DNA of 63,729 bases, the filler included, from Collodictyon triciliatum (Eukaryota), in NCBI GenBank assembly GCA_043381765.1. It is 4 parts of 4 records of this genome, joined end to end, with 100 filler letters (N's around TTAATTAATTAA, not from the genome) between each part and the next. Parts side by side here need not be neighbours in the genome. Positions count along the whole stretch, not along the records: positions 1 to 18,026 come from JBHJMP010001412.1; positions 18,127 to 36,103 come from JBHJMP010001413.1; 2 more parts are not named here. One strand, 5' to 3'. This document shows, piece by piece, positions 12,801-27,383 of the stretch; the stretch's first letter is position 1, and each line of letters opens with the position of its first letter. The translations under genes were made by a program, and so were the position numbers. Under the pieces are notes generated by a model. It was not told where the DNA came from. It saw only the letters and a program-made list of their open reading frames with translations, and searched no databases.

Positions 12801-15245
12801 CATTTCTCACAACCCATATTTTTACCAAAGTGTCGCGAGGCTATAAAATCTATTTTCTTTCTGTTTCAGTAAATAATTGTGTAATATCTACCCTCTTTGG
12901 AAAATTAAACGACAATTTTTTTTGTTCAAACTTGATGTCTCTCAGGACACTACTTTATCTTTGTTAACTGAATACAAAACGATTTATGTAGGAAAGAAAC
13001 AAAAGGTCGAAGTTATTTTTAATGAGGACGATGCCATACCGTATGTGATTTTTTAAGAATCTAATCGTATCTCTCCGTCCAATATAACACGTTTGTGGTA
13101 TAAGTCTCATTGCATCCCATCTCGTGTATTAAATATGACGCACACATATGTATATATTTGGCATTTAAAATTTTCCCATCCCTTAATTTTAGGAATCACA
13201 CGAAAGCAGAAAGTGAAGAGCGCACCAAAGCACGAAACGCCCGATTCCAATCGCAAAGGGTTTTTGCATTCTCCGCTTCGCTGTTCCTTTTTTTTTTCGT
13301 AAAATTGTTATTCAGATGAGTTGAGATTCCAAATGTATTCATGTCTAGGCGTCTGATTTGATGAACTCTGATGACGACTTTGATGACGTTATCGTCGGGA
13401 CGTGCCAGAATTTAGAAAAGCCCTACCTTCGTCTTACTGAGGTAACACCAGGATTTCCGTCATTTTTTTCTACAAAACACATCCTGTCCTGTTTTTCCTC
13501 ATCTATTTAACAGAGAAATTTCTATTTTTCGATTTTATTTGAAAAAAATTAGCTGTCAAAATACCTCCCTTTATCATTTGTCGGCCTGACGAAAGCAACA
13601 ATTATGGCAATAATGAGAGTTTAATTCACATTCCTTTTTTCAACAATTAGCCACCACTTCCTTCGGCAGTTCGGCCATTGGATGTTCTGATGAAAACATT
13701 GAGCATGCTCCAAGAGAAATGGAATACCAATCCTAATTACGATTACACATGTGAGCAACTCAAGTCTGTGCGACAAGATTTGACTGTGAGTAATTTGTGG
13801 CATACTTTTTTTAATTTGCTTCCGCCCGACATCTGACTATTATTCGTTAAAACGATACAAGAACCGAGGCGGTATACAAAGAAATTAAATGTATTTAACA
13901 TCACCACCAGAAAATAGTTAGCAATCACGATGACCTTTCATATCACTGCTCTTTGAATAGGTGCAAAACATACGCAACAAATTCGCCGTTGAAGTATATG
14001 AGTACCATGGACGGCTCGCTATACAGAATGTAAGTAAAAGTCTATCTTTCAAATCCAGAGGATGTTTCGTGAACTACCGCACCTTTCGATTCATAAAGTA
14101 CCGAGCAGTCCTATTTATTGAAGTACTTGTAAATCTGGTCATAATCAAATCTACCTTTTCAGGGTGACTTTTCTGAGTTCAACCAATGTCTCAGCATATT
14201 GAAATCCCTGAATGATGAGGGTCTAGAAGGAAACTGGCTTGAGTTTCAGGGCTATCGCATTCTGTACATGACATACACAGGAAATCTCTCCGGTGCGGGC
14301 TATATGATAACACTACCGTAGTCCTGTTAAATTATTATTTTCTTGTTTCCGCCTTTATTTACAGCATTTCCAGAATCCCGGCTGTTTCTTGCCCTGGCTT
14401 TGACCTGGAATCTCTTCATTTCCCTCTATTTATGTTCCGTGAGAGAATTCTATTTAAAATAGGTGTAACTCTTCTTCTGAGTGCCTTGGGTGTCGAGGGC
14501 AGAAAAGATGCTAGAATCTCCATAGCTGTCAAGGTAATCCTTGTAATTTCGAAAATTAGCTGCCTCGTCAAGGATAAGGTTCATTTTTTGTTGGTTTTTA
14601 TGAAGCCAAGTGAAATACAATTTATATAAAATTACTTCAAAAAAAAAAAAAGGCTGTTGAGGCGTTTGCAATCGGCAATTATCACAAGCTTGCCATGTTA
14701 TCCGCAGAAAAAAGTCTCAGAGTATTACATTTCTTACAAAATGCACACTATGCAGGAAGCTCTCTTAACCTCCCATATAAATTCGTTGGGTATTTGTCAT
14801 TCGGCCCTTCAACCTTTTCAACTTTCTGCTCGCTTCTCACATCTCTCATTGCGTTCGTCTTGATTACTTTTTGATATAGGGGACGTTCATTGGGATGATT
14901 ATCAACCGGAATCGACAGAAAGCGCTTAATGTGATGATGAAAACGTCAGTCAAGAAACATTTGAACATCACTTACATAACTTTGCAAAACATGATTGCTC
15001 TCTATCAGCCCTGTATTCCTTTGTTTGGTGACGCGCAGTTTGCCTAAATGTCACTTTTTAATTCTTGATTTGTATTTGTCCCGGCCAGGTACTCTCCGTT
15101 CATTCGGCTCGACTTCATTTGCAGGGAACTTAACTTCTCTAATGAAACAGAGTGCAAAAAGTATGTGGAGGGATTTGGTCTCCTTTTAACAGAAAACGAA
15201 GATGCGATTGATGTCAGAGCCAGCCGGACGAAATTGAGCACTTAA
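9821..15245 (+). CDS. LENG8: LENG8/THP3-like SAC3/GANP-domain protein with Pro/Tyr/Gln-rich N-terminus; multi-exon
   Basis: Spliced C-terminal exons read IVGTCQNLEKPYLRLTE/PPLPSAVRPLDVL...YTCEQLKSVRQDLT/VQNIRNKFAVEVYEYHGRLAIQN/GDFSEFNQC...LEFQGYRILY, ending IDVRASRTKLST* at 15245. The start codon and low-complexity 5' exons are tentative. Confidence 0.88.
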
Positions 15246-18026
15246 TAAAACTATTCTTTGTTCTGTTCTTTTTGAATTATTTGAGGCTTTTGTTGAATCT
15301 TTGAAAGAATCCAAGAGCATGAAGCCAGCGAACATATCTGCCAACATCACTTTAGACGAAAACACCGTACAGAATGCGGCGTGGGTGACAAACTGAAGAA
15401 AAATGAATCCAAATACCTAGCAGCGAGTTTCAATACAGCACATGATTCCAGTGGGAAACAACCCACCAAGTCTGTTTTTAAGAAATGAAACCTTAGACTC
15501 TTGCCAACAGATTTTTGAATGGCAAACTTTTTACTTTCTCCACCAAACATTGGCGTTACAAATGAAGACAGAGGCTTTTTGATATCTCTCGATGGTGAGA
15601 ATGGAGCCAACGCCCTTGTTTACCTTCATTAAAGTGGTATAAAACAAAATCGGATTCTTGCATTTCATGAAGGAAGCACACAGAAATGATACTATTTTTT
15701 TCTCAAACCACATTGGCCTCTGGGAATGCCAAGACATTTGCCTTGTAAAAGGAATTGTGATAGTGCAAGTATTCTGTAGCCCGTGTGTCGTGGCATCGGT
15801 ACAGAATTCGTCATGGTGCCGTGAATCACTGCAGTCGGCTCTCAAAATATACGAGGTAGCACTCTCTGGAACTTAGAGCTTTCTTCGTTCCGGTACTTGA
15901 CGAACGAATGCAATACTTGCGACAATTATGCTGATTTCAAAAGCACTAAAGGATGAAAGGTTTGAATATGGTAGGGTTTGTGAACTGGCTCCTCTATATC
16001 CAGCCAACTGCAACAGAAGAAACCCAAAGCTATTGGGTTGAGAGCTTGTGCCACTAGCAAAAAAAATTCTGTCCTGCAATTGACGAGATTCGGAGTGAAA
16101 TTTCTTATCGCCACAGATTTATGCATTCTCCACAGCCCCGCAACGCCAGCACGTTGATTTATCTCGCGTCCCAATTCGAAGATATTCTGTGGAAACACGT
16201 GACTTCGTCCATGAATACAATGCCGTTATCTGGCGTGCATTCACCAAAGTCCAAATCTTCTGATGAGTCGAAGCTAAGTCCTAAAAAAATCTCGCCTGGG
16301 AAACCGAGTGTCGATATCTTCTATTCCACTCATTCCTGGTGATGGTGAAATCTTCCGTGACACACTTTCGCTTTAGACTCGAGAGTTATTACATAGAATA
16401 GAAGCTCAATCGAGAAGTTGCTGCAACATGCAATCATTCAGAAGTTTGCTGCATGACAATTGATTCTTCATAAAGCCTTAGGGTGTGAAATGAGATTTGC
16501 CTGAATCAATTCGCCATATCATGAAAAATGGAGGGAATTCTTTTTAAGCTGCATCTAAAAAAGACAGCATCATCATTACAGGTCGTCGCCTCTAGCAAAG
16601 GAACGTTACATCTCGCCCTTGGTGTTTCGCATTCCTGTGATTAAGAATGAATTATCATTTAACTGAACAGTTCATGATTCAAAAAAAAAAAGCTCTGGTG
16701 CATTCTGGTAAATGTCGAATCCGAGTAAAATATTTGATTTCTTTATTTGGCGGACGCACTAAAAAGGATGGAAAAGAGAAAAAGTGACATGGGTGAGCAC
16801 CCAGTTCGTAGGCTGTTCCATATTGTTCTTTAAATGTGTGATTCTGGAGAATCCGGAAGTGTCCACGCTCTCGTGACAACAGTGTGTGTTTGACACAAGA
16901 ATAATGTCGTTAACGCGCTTCAGCTGTTATACATGCTTTTTCTTGTTTTAACTCGGATTATGGAGCGCTTGCTCGATCATAACAAAAATTTACTTGATTC
17001 CATGTCTTGAACAGCGCTCCAAATCGAATATCCGGCATACCTCTGAGTTATTGCCTTCCATTCGCAAGCGCAGCCAGCTCAAAGAAAAGCGCATTCCCAT
17101 TAATGCCCATCCCGTCCGTCTTGTTTGAAGCCCTGGAATGCATCTATGTATCATAATGATAATTAACCATGTGAAAAAAGTAGCTTAAAAAAAAGATATT
17201 ATTCAGCCACTGCCCAAACCTCAACACAGGCCTGAAATCATTCAACATTCTGACATCCGAAAAAAAGAATCCGAGCATACGTTGATATCCACCGCAACAT
17301 GCTCACACAAACAAGCGCACAGCTGCGCCATAATCCCCATCTGACTTCCAAGTCCTGTAGCTTTACGAAATACCACTCGCTCAATCACGCGTCCTATCCA
17401 CACAACTAAATAGACCCCATCCCCCATGAGAGAACATCCCGTCTCTTAGCCCACCCAATATCCTCGCACTCAAAGAATCCAATGCCCAGCCGTCCTTATC
17501 GCCACATCACCGCATCCTCGCATCCTCGCGTCTTATCGCCCGGGCTCTATGGATATACAGCTGTGGCCAGAGACATATAGCTACTCTCCACCCTCTCAAT
17601 GGTGTGTGCCCAAGAAAACGAGGCGGCCTTGGTGCGCAATGCCCTCGTCATGGTCACGCACCGTTAGTGGCATCCAAACCTCGGTGAATACGCTCCACAC
17701 ATCGGCCCTTGTCGCAAACACACATGACCCTGGGCTTGGTTCATCAAAACGGAAGTCTTGCTCTTCCACTCTCACTTCGTCATAACCCCTACGTGCGATG
17801 CCACCAGTGCGGTATCCACCATCGACCTTTCATAACGTCTGGTAAGAACCTCACCGAATCGTGTAAGAGTCTCTCCTTGTCGATAGTCCTCCACGTACAT
17901 CCAAGCTTCCAGTAACACAGGCTCTGTCTCTCGTCATCCACACGACTTTGCAATCATCACTGCGCTGACAAAGTACCACATCCCCGTGAGAATAGCATCC
18001 GAGTCCGCTTGACAAAGGCACTGTTT

Positions 18027-18126
18027 NNNNNNNNNNNNNNNNNNNNNNNNNNNNNNNNNNNNNNNNNNNNTTAATTAATTAANNNNNNNNNNNNNNNNNN
18101 NNNNNNNNNNNNNNNNNNNNNNNNNN
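18027..18126. other. Artificial contig linker N44-TTAATTAATTAA-N44
   Basis: A 12-mer with stops in all six frames, flanked by N runs. Identical linkers occur at 36104-36203 and 54156-54255. Confidence 0.95.
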
Positions 18127-18220
18127 GAAAGAAGAAAGAAGAAAGAAGAAAGAAGAAAGAAGAAAGAAGAAAGAAGAAAGAAGAAAGAAGAAAGAAGAAA
18201 GAAGAAAGAAGAAAGAAGAA
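18127..18220. repeat. (GAAAGAA)n heptamer microsatellite
   Basis: Direct reading. Confidence 0.95.
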
Positions 18221-18390
18221 AAAAAAGCGCGAGCAAGAATATCAAAAGACGGAGAAACCCATTTCAATTTTGTTTCTTATAATAAATTTGAGTATTGTCT
18301 CTATCTCCTTTTTATTTTTATTTTTTAATGCGACGTTTCTCTAAAATACAGATGTATGATATATTTAATCACCTGTCACAATGTATTTAG

Positions 18391-20517
18391 GGGTGTTATC
18401 AACTGACCAATACCCTGGTGCTGATAAGATACCATCCCGTTACGCTAATACAAACCAGACCAACTTTTTGTTTGTTATTAATTCATTCTGTATCTGCTTG
18501 TGCTGCTTCTAACCTACCTTTTTTTTAATGTACTTATTTCACTCTTGAAGGCATATCATTAATCTAACCGTGCCTTGCTCAGGTCTGTTATTCGACAAGA
18601 CGATGAAGCAAACACAAGGAACTTCGTCGTGGAAAATCGACTTCGTTCCCAAGTTTCATCCAGAAATATCGAACAGAAATTTCTCGGCTCCATTATCTAC
18701 CCTGGCCGAAACAAAATTGGAGTACCATCAGACGTGTCTCTCACTGTAATACATTCCATCAGTAATATAATTAATTGAGAGGGTTCCCAAAATTTGTGTT
18801 GTCTTTTACATACAACTAAATTCTCTTTCATTTAAGGAGGAAGAAAAAATGGCAGAGAAGACTGAATTAATATCTTATCTCCCGAAAGCGAACAGGCTCT
18901 CTGTGTATCGCCAATTCTCTTTGTTTGACATGGAGGTATTCAACCTGCTCAATTCATTATCGATTGACACTCAGCGCTCAACGCTAACAAACAATTGCAT
19001 TTCCATAATTGACAGAGTGCCATGGGTGATGCATTTTCATTTGAGGAATTCAACTTCTCCAATCGGACCGTAGAGGAGGAGTTGAAACCTATCTCCCTTG
19101 GACAGGTCTAGTTCTTTTTTTCATGGACTGATATGTATTTATATTACTCTGATGTTCACTGATGCAAATAAAATGTCTTTTTTCAGATTTACCACCACCT
19201 TCTCGATTCAGATCTTGAGATTATGACATATTTCAATGAAGTCGATGATTTATTCCTCATGGGCGCATATCGACATGGCTCTTTCGGGGATATAGTGGAA
19301 AAGAACTGGCGATACCAGGTTTTTGTCACTAGACTACTCTAAAAACTCAAATTATCTAGTTTTCAATTCATATCAATTAATCATGTATATACCACTTTCT
19401 GGTTCTTTGTCCTAGGTAATCCACAAATGCGTTTTGTTGCTTTTCTACATACACGAAATTTTTGTTTAATTACAAGGCATTTTCCTCATAGATACCTACT
19501 AAAGTTGGATTCTTTGAATGGAGAAAGCAAAATATTCTCGAACCTCAAGTAATTCCGTCGACTCGTGGGACGCCTCCACCAACTTATGCGAACACGTTGC
19601 CCTCCACGCCATCAAATCTCCTGGAGGGTCTCACAGCTGTTTGTTTTAATGCTAATTATTCCGACATGCACACTTTCTTATACCACATGAAGTATTAAGA
19701 AAGGTAAAAATCAAAACCTACCATTCGTACAATAATTGCAGGTTAATGACATCGTTTATGACCTGAAAGATGGGAGCATTCTTTCCTACGAGAAAAAAAA
19801 ACTTTATCCAGCTGATTATGCGCACATTTCTGTCTCATCACAAAATTTTTTTAACAGCCGAAAATGTATTATTTATTCAGAATCTGCATATTTTTTTATA
19901 TTTGTCGGGTTGAAATTTTCGATGTTGCTCTTCAAACGAGGCCGCTTTTTTTCTTCTTTTTATTCTTCCTTTCAATTTTGTGCAAGTTCTTTTTTTTTTA
20001 ATACGAGGGCGTGTTCGCAATAGATGTTAGAAGCAGTCTATATGACCAAGATATTGCAATAATGATGCATTCAATATTCCCGAGCAACATACCAGAAAAT
20101 GCGTCCTCAAGTAAAGATCCTATTATGGATAGTAAAATCTATCTGACAGGAGTCTATAATTCCATCTTCAACTTCTGTATATTCGGTAATATTTTGTTTC
20201 ATCCCCGCCTTACAAATATGAGTGAGATATGATATTCAAAGGCTGTAAGATTTATGTCAATAAACAATATCAACACCACCATAGTTGACAAAGAGCAGCA
20301 GACTCATTTTTGGGTATCTTCATTGGACAATCACGCAGCTCAATTGATTGGTGATTATACTTTATAGCTATCATACGTGGTGATTCAACACCAAGACTTG
20401 GCAATTTATTTTATTTCGGTTATCATTTAAATTACTTTATCAACGCCAAAAAATAAATGAAATACATGAAATAAATGAAATAATTAAATAAATGAAATAA
20501 TGAAATAAATGATAATG

Positions 20518-20614
<97 letters not shown>

Positions 20615-22361
20615 GATGGACAAGTTGCTCAGCTGGTCAAATGCAAATCAGTGGGGCCTCTACCATGTTCCATAAGAGAAGAAAAACTTCGAAAAATCCT
20701 TACCATGGTAAAGTTATGCGCTCGAAAATCTCAAACTTATATGAACAATTTTTTCTTCAAAAATAAAAACGGTCTAATTGTGCTGATGAGTTCGTCGATA
20801 GTTTACTTTTTAAAAGGATTTTATTTAACTCTCATTAAAATCTCAGGGCACACTATGCCGAGTCATGTCTGACGGTATTATAGAGTCATATTTTGCGAAT
20901 GGAGACTCGTCTATATTTGACCCAAAGGAAAAAAGGATTACTGTTTCGACAATTAATGTAAATATAGCATTTTCTGACATCCATATTTTTTTTCTAGATG
21001 GTTGGAGAAAGATGCACTCACACCACCATCCAACCTTTATTAGGGTGATCGGTATTCTGTCGATGTGGATGGTAGAATCAAAACATTGCCGAGTTTGTCT
21101 GTTGCAGAAATGATTGAGCCCTATACGAAACACAAAATTCAAACTCGTTCAGGTGAATAGTCTTCTTTTATTTTTCTGAGACAAATAATTCAATAATTCA
21201 ATCATTCAATAAAAACATATAAAACAATAAGAAAAACAATAAGAAAAACAATAAGAAAAACAATAAGAAAAACAATAAGAAAAACAATAAGAAAAACAAT
21301 AAGAAAAACAATAAGAAAAACAATAAGAAACACAATAAGAAACACAATAAGAAACAAAATAAGAAACACATTAAGAAACACAGCAAGAAACACAGCAAGA
21401 AACACAATAAGAAACACATAAATAACCCTGTAAATTAATAAATATATATAGATAACACATAAGTTTACTGCTAAAGCAGATTACTCAATGCAAGTATGCA
21501 CCTCTTTTGTAGACAACATTATCAAATGCACGAAACCGTCAGGAGATTATGTGATCTTCTGTCCAGATGGAACTCGCATAACCACGCTGCTTGAGGCAAA
21601 TACAATTTGGGTGGAATGCGATGGATATTTTCCTGTAGAAGTGAATCCAATCCAAGGTTGCATAACCATACATTTGGGCGACGGACAGTCGATATCAGGA
21701 TCAAAAGAAAAAGGGACATCATTCCAGATTGTAATATCAAACATTAGTTATACTTTTTCTTTTCCATCCCTAAGGGAATGTTGCAGTATTATCCCCTTAT
21801 CATTCTTCTTTTGTTGTTAGATTGTCATGACTGTTCATTGATCTGATATATTCACGTTATTTTTCTCTTTTATAGATTTATCCTTACATAGTTCAAATGC
21901 AGAGTATGGCTTGCTTGTATTTACCTTGACATATATTAAATAATCTGTGCAATCTTTTACAGCCTGACCGATTTACTTTGACTTGCCTTAAAGAAAGCGT
22001 AACATATGGAAGATTGAAGGGAGAAGTGGTGCCGAGTGAGAAGTATACGTTATCTCTTGATATTCTTTTGATACGTTTTTTTTTATAGTGGATTTTTGCA
22101 CACTCACGATTATTGTGTCTTTATGGTTAGACCTGCAAGCTCAAAAGGAGTTCGACTAGAACCTAAGGGCTTTTATACTTTTTCGCTGGTAGATGGTACA
22201 GTGCGGATGGTTGATGTTTTGGACAACATCCTTTTCGTTTCCAATGAAGGGGCAGTTAAGGTAAACACAAAGCAAAAAGCAAAAAGCAAAAAGCAAAAAG
22301 CAAAAAGCAAAAAGCAAAAAGCAAAAAGCAAAAAGCAAAAAGCAAAAAGCAAAAAGCAAAA

Positions 22362-22454
<93 letters not shown>

Positions 22455-25400
22455 CGGAAATAGAGCATGAGATTACATAGTAAAAAGGGATTAAAGACCC
22501 GTTGTCTATGCTCTACTTTTTTTTTGTTGTAGTTAGAGCCCGATGAACAGCCCGCTGATGACGAGAATGGTGAGGATTATGACGATGAAGATGATGACGT
22601 AGAGGGTAATGGTGATAATGCACTCGACTCTGGTGATGGCCAAACGAATCTCGGAGAGCCGAAAGAAAGTGAGAAACCTATTATTTTATCTTTATTTATC
22701 TGAATATTATTGATAAAGTCGAATTTCATTTTTTTCAAGGAAGGACAACCTATTCATGAGAAATTCAATAAAAAAAAAAAACCAAAACAAACTATTGGAT
22801 TTAATATTTAGTCGACATGTCTGTTTTTGAAAAAGAGCCTCGCTTATTTATCATTCGAGCGGATGGAACCGGCGTCGAGCTTCATACCGAAAAAGCTCTC
22901 GAGATTTATCTGGCTGATATAGCATCTGACACAAAAGCCGTTGTGAAGAGCGACGTCGCCGAGGATGACGTTTGTCTCTTTCCACGATAATTTGATCTGT
23001 TTGGCTTCCTTTTATTTTGAGATTTGAACAATCATGTTACAAATGCAATAATTATTTTATTATTATTATTATTTTGAAGGAGAGCATCTCTATTGTCACT
23101 TGTGCGTCCCAAATCAAAGGAAGCAAATATGTACTGGATAAGCCTTCTGTTGTGAGTACTCCAGTTCTCGCTTTTACTATTATTATTGATGATTGATGAT
23201 TGATGATTGATGATTGATGATTGATGATTGATGATTGATGATTGATGATTGATGATTGATGATTGATGATTAGTATTAGTATTAGTATTAGTATTAGTAT
23301 TAGTATTAGTATTAGTATTAGTATTAGTATTAGTATTAGTATTAGTATTAGTATTAGTATTAGTATTAGTATTAGTATTAGTATTAGTATTAGTACGAAG
23401 CTCATTCTCAGAAAATCAAAATTCTTCGATGACTATCTCTGAGCAATATTTCAGATGAATGACTAATATCTACTTTTTTTTTTAAAAAAAAAATATCACC
23501 AGAGTTTTGATATTCCTGTCGTTGTAAAGCAGAAGCCAGTTCACAAAACATTCGAATATAACCCCATCAACGCTACCGCAATTAGACAAGTAGAAATGTC
23601 AATCAAAGATGGCGATATATAGATATATATTTGATAAACAAGTAAAGAAGGAATTCCAAGATGTCAATTAAATTGACATTTATTGGGTTAGTTTGTAAAA
23701 TATCCTCCAATGGAACGAACTGAAAGAGATGAATTAAAGGAGAGCTTGAACAAGTTTGACGAGTGGAGAAGTAGACGTGAGAGTGAGGTACTGCTTTTTC
23801 TTTTTCTGTTTCATGCCAAAGATACATAGTTCATACATGCACCTATGTAGGGTACATGTCAATATGACCAGATGTATATTACACATTGCAAAATCTTGAT
23901 TACTGCTGTAACTTACGTTTTCTTCTGATCTTGCTGATGTCTCTGGTTGTCCATTAAAACACAGATTGTTGATGGTGAAACTGTACCAGAGCATGCACTT
24001 GTTGTAAATGAAAAGGCCGCTCTCGTCCAAAAAAGATGCAAAAACCAAGAACACATAAGCATTCGAATGTTTTGGGTGAATATTCCAAACGACATGATTT
24101 TCATTCTCCACTCAGCATTTATTATCTCGATATTGGCATGCTTTGGTATTTTTCTTTGATTCCTCTTGATTTTGCTTTAAATCAGGACCAGATTTTGAGA
24201 GAAAGCATGAATTCGACCCCACCGGTCGTTGAGGAGGCCAAACCTGTAAATTTTGATTGGCGATTTCCTCGGAAATACCTGCTTACAAAACATATCTATT
24301 GGGCTTACTCTATTATTTTACTCTTTTTCTTCTCTTTTCTGCATTTATAGATTTCAAACCTAATATTAAACTATCTTTTGCCTTACCTTTGTTTAGGTCA
24401 AAGAAAAGCGCCCTTGGAACCTACCTAAACAAAGTACTGACTGCCAATCATAAATAATACCCAACAATCTCATGAGCAGAGATATCTTAGGCCAAAATCC
24501 TAATATTTAATATTTACTAAATCAGTATTTCAATATATAACTCATTTACAATACATCAGCTATAAACTTCACATCCACCAAAGCGGGCCATACAAAATAT
24601 TTCGAAACTAAAGCTGGAGGCGAGTTTTTGCAGGTAGCTATAAATTAGCTTTTCGTGTAATAACAGTTGTGGCTTGTGCCCTTGGATGCTCTGTAGGCGG
24701 AAAGCCTCTTTCTGTGCGGACTATATGATGGACCGTACACTTCTATATCGATTAGATGACTCATTCAAGGCCAAATGAATATTTCTTTTAAAAAAAAATA
24801 AGGGAACATATGGGGTACTCAATATCGTCTCTCTCTTTTTTCAGTCGCCCCAGGCAACTGACCCCAAGATTCCGCCGCCACGAGCAAAGTCTCCTGATGC
24901 AGTCTATTTCCGATTCCACAATAGAACTACACCAGGTGGAGCGACCCCGACGAATGATGTATGACACACATATTTCACATAACGAGGAACATTGATAAAA
25001 CTATTTCTGTATTACATCGCAAGTTCGATTTGTACTTTGCTTCGGCATAGCTTAAAACTAGATATTCCATATCATGAATTTCACTTACTCTGTAATACAT
25101 CGTCGGTATTGTCAAGGACACTGTGGTTGGGGAGAAGAACACCACCATTGTTGATGAGAAGATTACAAAAGAAGTCCATAAAGTTTGTCGAGACTAGAAT
25201 ATCATACTATCTTTTATTCATCAAACATATCCTTATTATCTTTAGATAATACACATAATTTTTAGGCTTTATTATTTATTGTTTCTATATTTTTTGGAGA
25301 ATCTTGTAAAGAAGGCAATATTGGACGCTATCATCCATGATTTGTATAATTACCGCAACAAATTGGATTGTTTCTAGAAGCCAATGTCTGCACCCCAAAT

Positions 25401-27383
25401 AAACCGGAAGCCAAAGAAAGGCACACCGCTCGTATGTTGCGAATACTCGCACTATTCAAAGCGATTAGCCTATGTTTACTCTGAATACTTGTATAGAAGA
25501 CACTTCGACGGTTAGGTACCTTCTCATAATTTTTTTGATAGGCAAGTGCGAATGAAAAAGCCTCGGCTGATGGATTATTGAAAACGAAGGAGTTCGACGT
25601 ATACGGAAATCCTAGAAAGTATACAATCTGATGATATGCATTTAAATTATAGAAACCACAAGTACTTGATATTTATTTGATTCTTTGCTATAAAGGACTA
25701 TTTTTTTTTTATTTTTTTACTCAACTATGTGACTTAAATTCCTTCTATAGAGGGCGGATGAGTGTGAATCTGCCATCAGCACATGTGAATCAGGCTTACT
25801 CGCAGCCGAATGTCGATTACCAGGTATTCATAAATTCATATTTTTCTCTACACTTCCTACAAGCCAATTGCCATTCCGGGGGTTAGAGTGATGCATGTTC
25901 CCTTGAGTAGATGGTCGAAGGCCCTGTCAAGAGAACTCTCAATACATCGTCTGTCAGTCTCATTAGAAGTAAGACAGCTGGCTCTTATAGCTTGTAATTT
26001 GCAATCAGCATTAATTCATAAAAAAATCATGTCACACCAAACCAAAATAAGAAGAAACGACAAGGAGATGTTCTTTCCGAGCCAAGCTCGAGTCCAAACG
26101 ATAGATGACATCACAAATTATTATGTCTGTCTCAATTCATTTCCATGTATCCCTTTCCTTCATTAGACAACGATAGTCTTGGTCAGTCAACTGGGAGCAG
26201 AACATCAAGCTTTCACGTCGGCCAAGGAGCGGTTAAGTTCGGGACTATTCGGCAGAACTATACGTAGGGCACATATGTTTGCTGAACCATATTTCCCCCC
26301 TCTTCACTCTGCTGATTATGTTCCCACGTAAATAAAATTGAGAAAAAAATGACCGCCTTCGATCTTTACAGTTACCGCTACACGTTCAATGTCACAAATG
26401 TTGGCCTGGATACTTGTCGGTTCCGTGTCGAGCATATCAATAATCCGGATATTCAACTCATATACGTGCCTGGGCCTGTTGCTGCTGGGATGTCCACCAA
26501 GATTGAGGTCCAGATATGCATGTCAAAAGTAGGGGACTTTGCAGGGGAAGACGTTGTGATTGTGACAGAGACCGATATCATCAAAATGCCGATTACGGCG
26601 AGTAAGTCACACCAGATCCAAGCCTGAAAAGAGCGAAGGGGATTCTTTTTGGGAATATTGCAGCACATCATTTTACATTTCGCTTCATCTTTTTGACTTT
26701 AACTTTTTTTTTTTTTAAGATTGAGTAAGTTTCTTTCATCTCAACGAAGGAGGAAAAAAATATATATGCATTTTTCCAACATATGTTACTTTCAGGTGTC
26801 AAAGCGTCATCAGATTATGAGGAGTTGCTTCGTGTATCTGGAACGACACCTCTCCAAGGAAAGAATGTACGTTTAGTATCCACAAATCCCCCAGGGAAAT
26901 TAGCTCTTGCAACCCACAAATGGGCCGGAAAAAGCTCAGGTAAAAGACACCATACTAACTTTTTCTAAAAACAACGAGTAGCAGGAATCCAATTAGAAAC
27001 ACAACACTATGTGTGTCCATGAAAAATGGACATTTTTGGTCAAGCCAATCGATGCAGTTCTCTCTCTATATATTTATTTTTGAATATCAAATGTGATGAA
27101 TCCACGCCGTTTGTAGATGATTCATCATATAGACTCAACTAAAAGCTGAAAAATCTTTCCTTGCATTAGATTCCAGCAAGCGATTGAATCAAAGGGCCCT
27201 CGATGCCAACGCAGACAGCCAGGCGGACGAGGACGTGGTATGGTTTTTTTTTTCAATGCCCAGTCTCCGTAATCGTTTCCAATACAACTATCGAGCAAAG
27301 AATTCATACTGAACTCACGCCTCCCTTGCCCTTGGTCAATGTTGCAGATTGCAAGCTTCAGGCAATACGACGGGGAAGGGTAA
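18391..27383 (+). CDS. SPAG17: SPAG17/PF6-like flagellar central-pair protein, C-terminal portion (5' part missing beyond the linker); more than 20 exons
   Basis: The C-terminal PapD/ASH-like domain VKFGTIRQNYT/YRYTFNVTNVGLDTCRFRV...YVPGPVAAGMSTKIEV matches the SPAG17 signature. Further exons read IEQKFLGSIIYPGRNKIGVP, RTVEEEL, IPTKVGFFEW, EPRLFIIRADGTGVEL, KYFETKAG and EFDVYGNPR. The last two exons and the stop at 27383 are tentative. Confidence 0.85.
20511..20613. repeat. (AAT)n microsatellite, intronic, directly before a 3' splice AG
   Basis: Direct reading. Confidence 0.95.
21225..21420. repeat. 12-bp minisatellite (AATAAGAAAAAC)n, intronic
   Basis: Direct reading. It degenerates toward the 3' end. 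Confidence 0.95.
22272..22453. repeat. (GCAAAAA)n heptamer followed by poly(A), intronic
   Basis: Direct reading. Confidence 0.95.
23187..23396. repeat. Compound microsatellite (TGATGAT)n-(TAGTAT)n, intronic
   Basis: Direct reading. Confidence 0.95.

Noticed and set aside
15300-16400. Cluster of 65-104-aa ORFs downstream of LENG8, considered as the missing SPAG17 5' part or a pseudogene
   Set aside because: No SPAG17-like or other recognisable motifs, and I could not link the frames.
18071-18082. Palindromic TTAATTAATTAA recurring three times (also 36148-36159 and 54200-54211)
   Set aside because: It is always centred in N runs and gives stops in all six frames, so it is an assembly linker. 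Gene adjacency across these points is unverified.
21225-21420. Regular repeat array resembling a CRISPR
   Set aside because: Head-to-tail 12-bp units without unique spacers, intronic, and no cas genes.
24690-24745. Two small hairpins (AGGC-GGAAA-GCCT; GTGCGG...CCGTAC) in a SPAG17 intron, possible snoRNA
   Set aside because: The stems are short and no properly placed H/ACA or C/D boxes are present. A covariance-model search would be needed.
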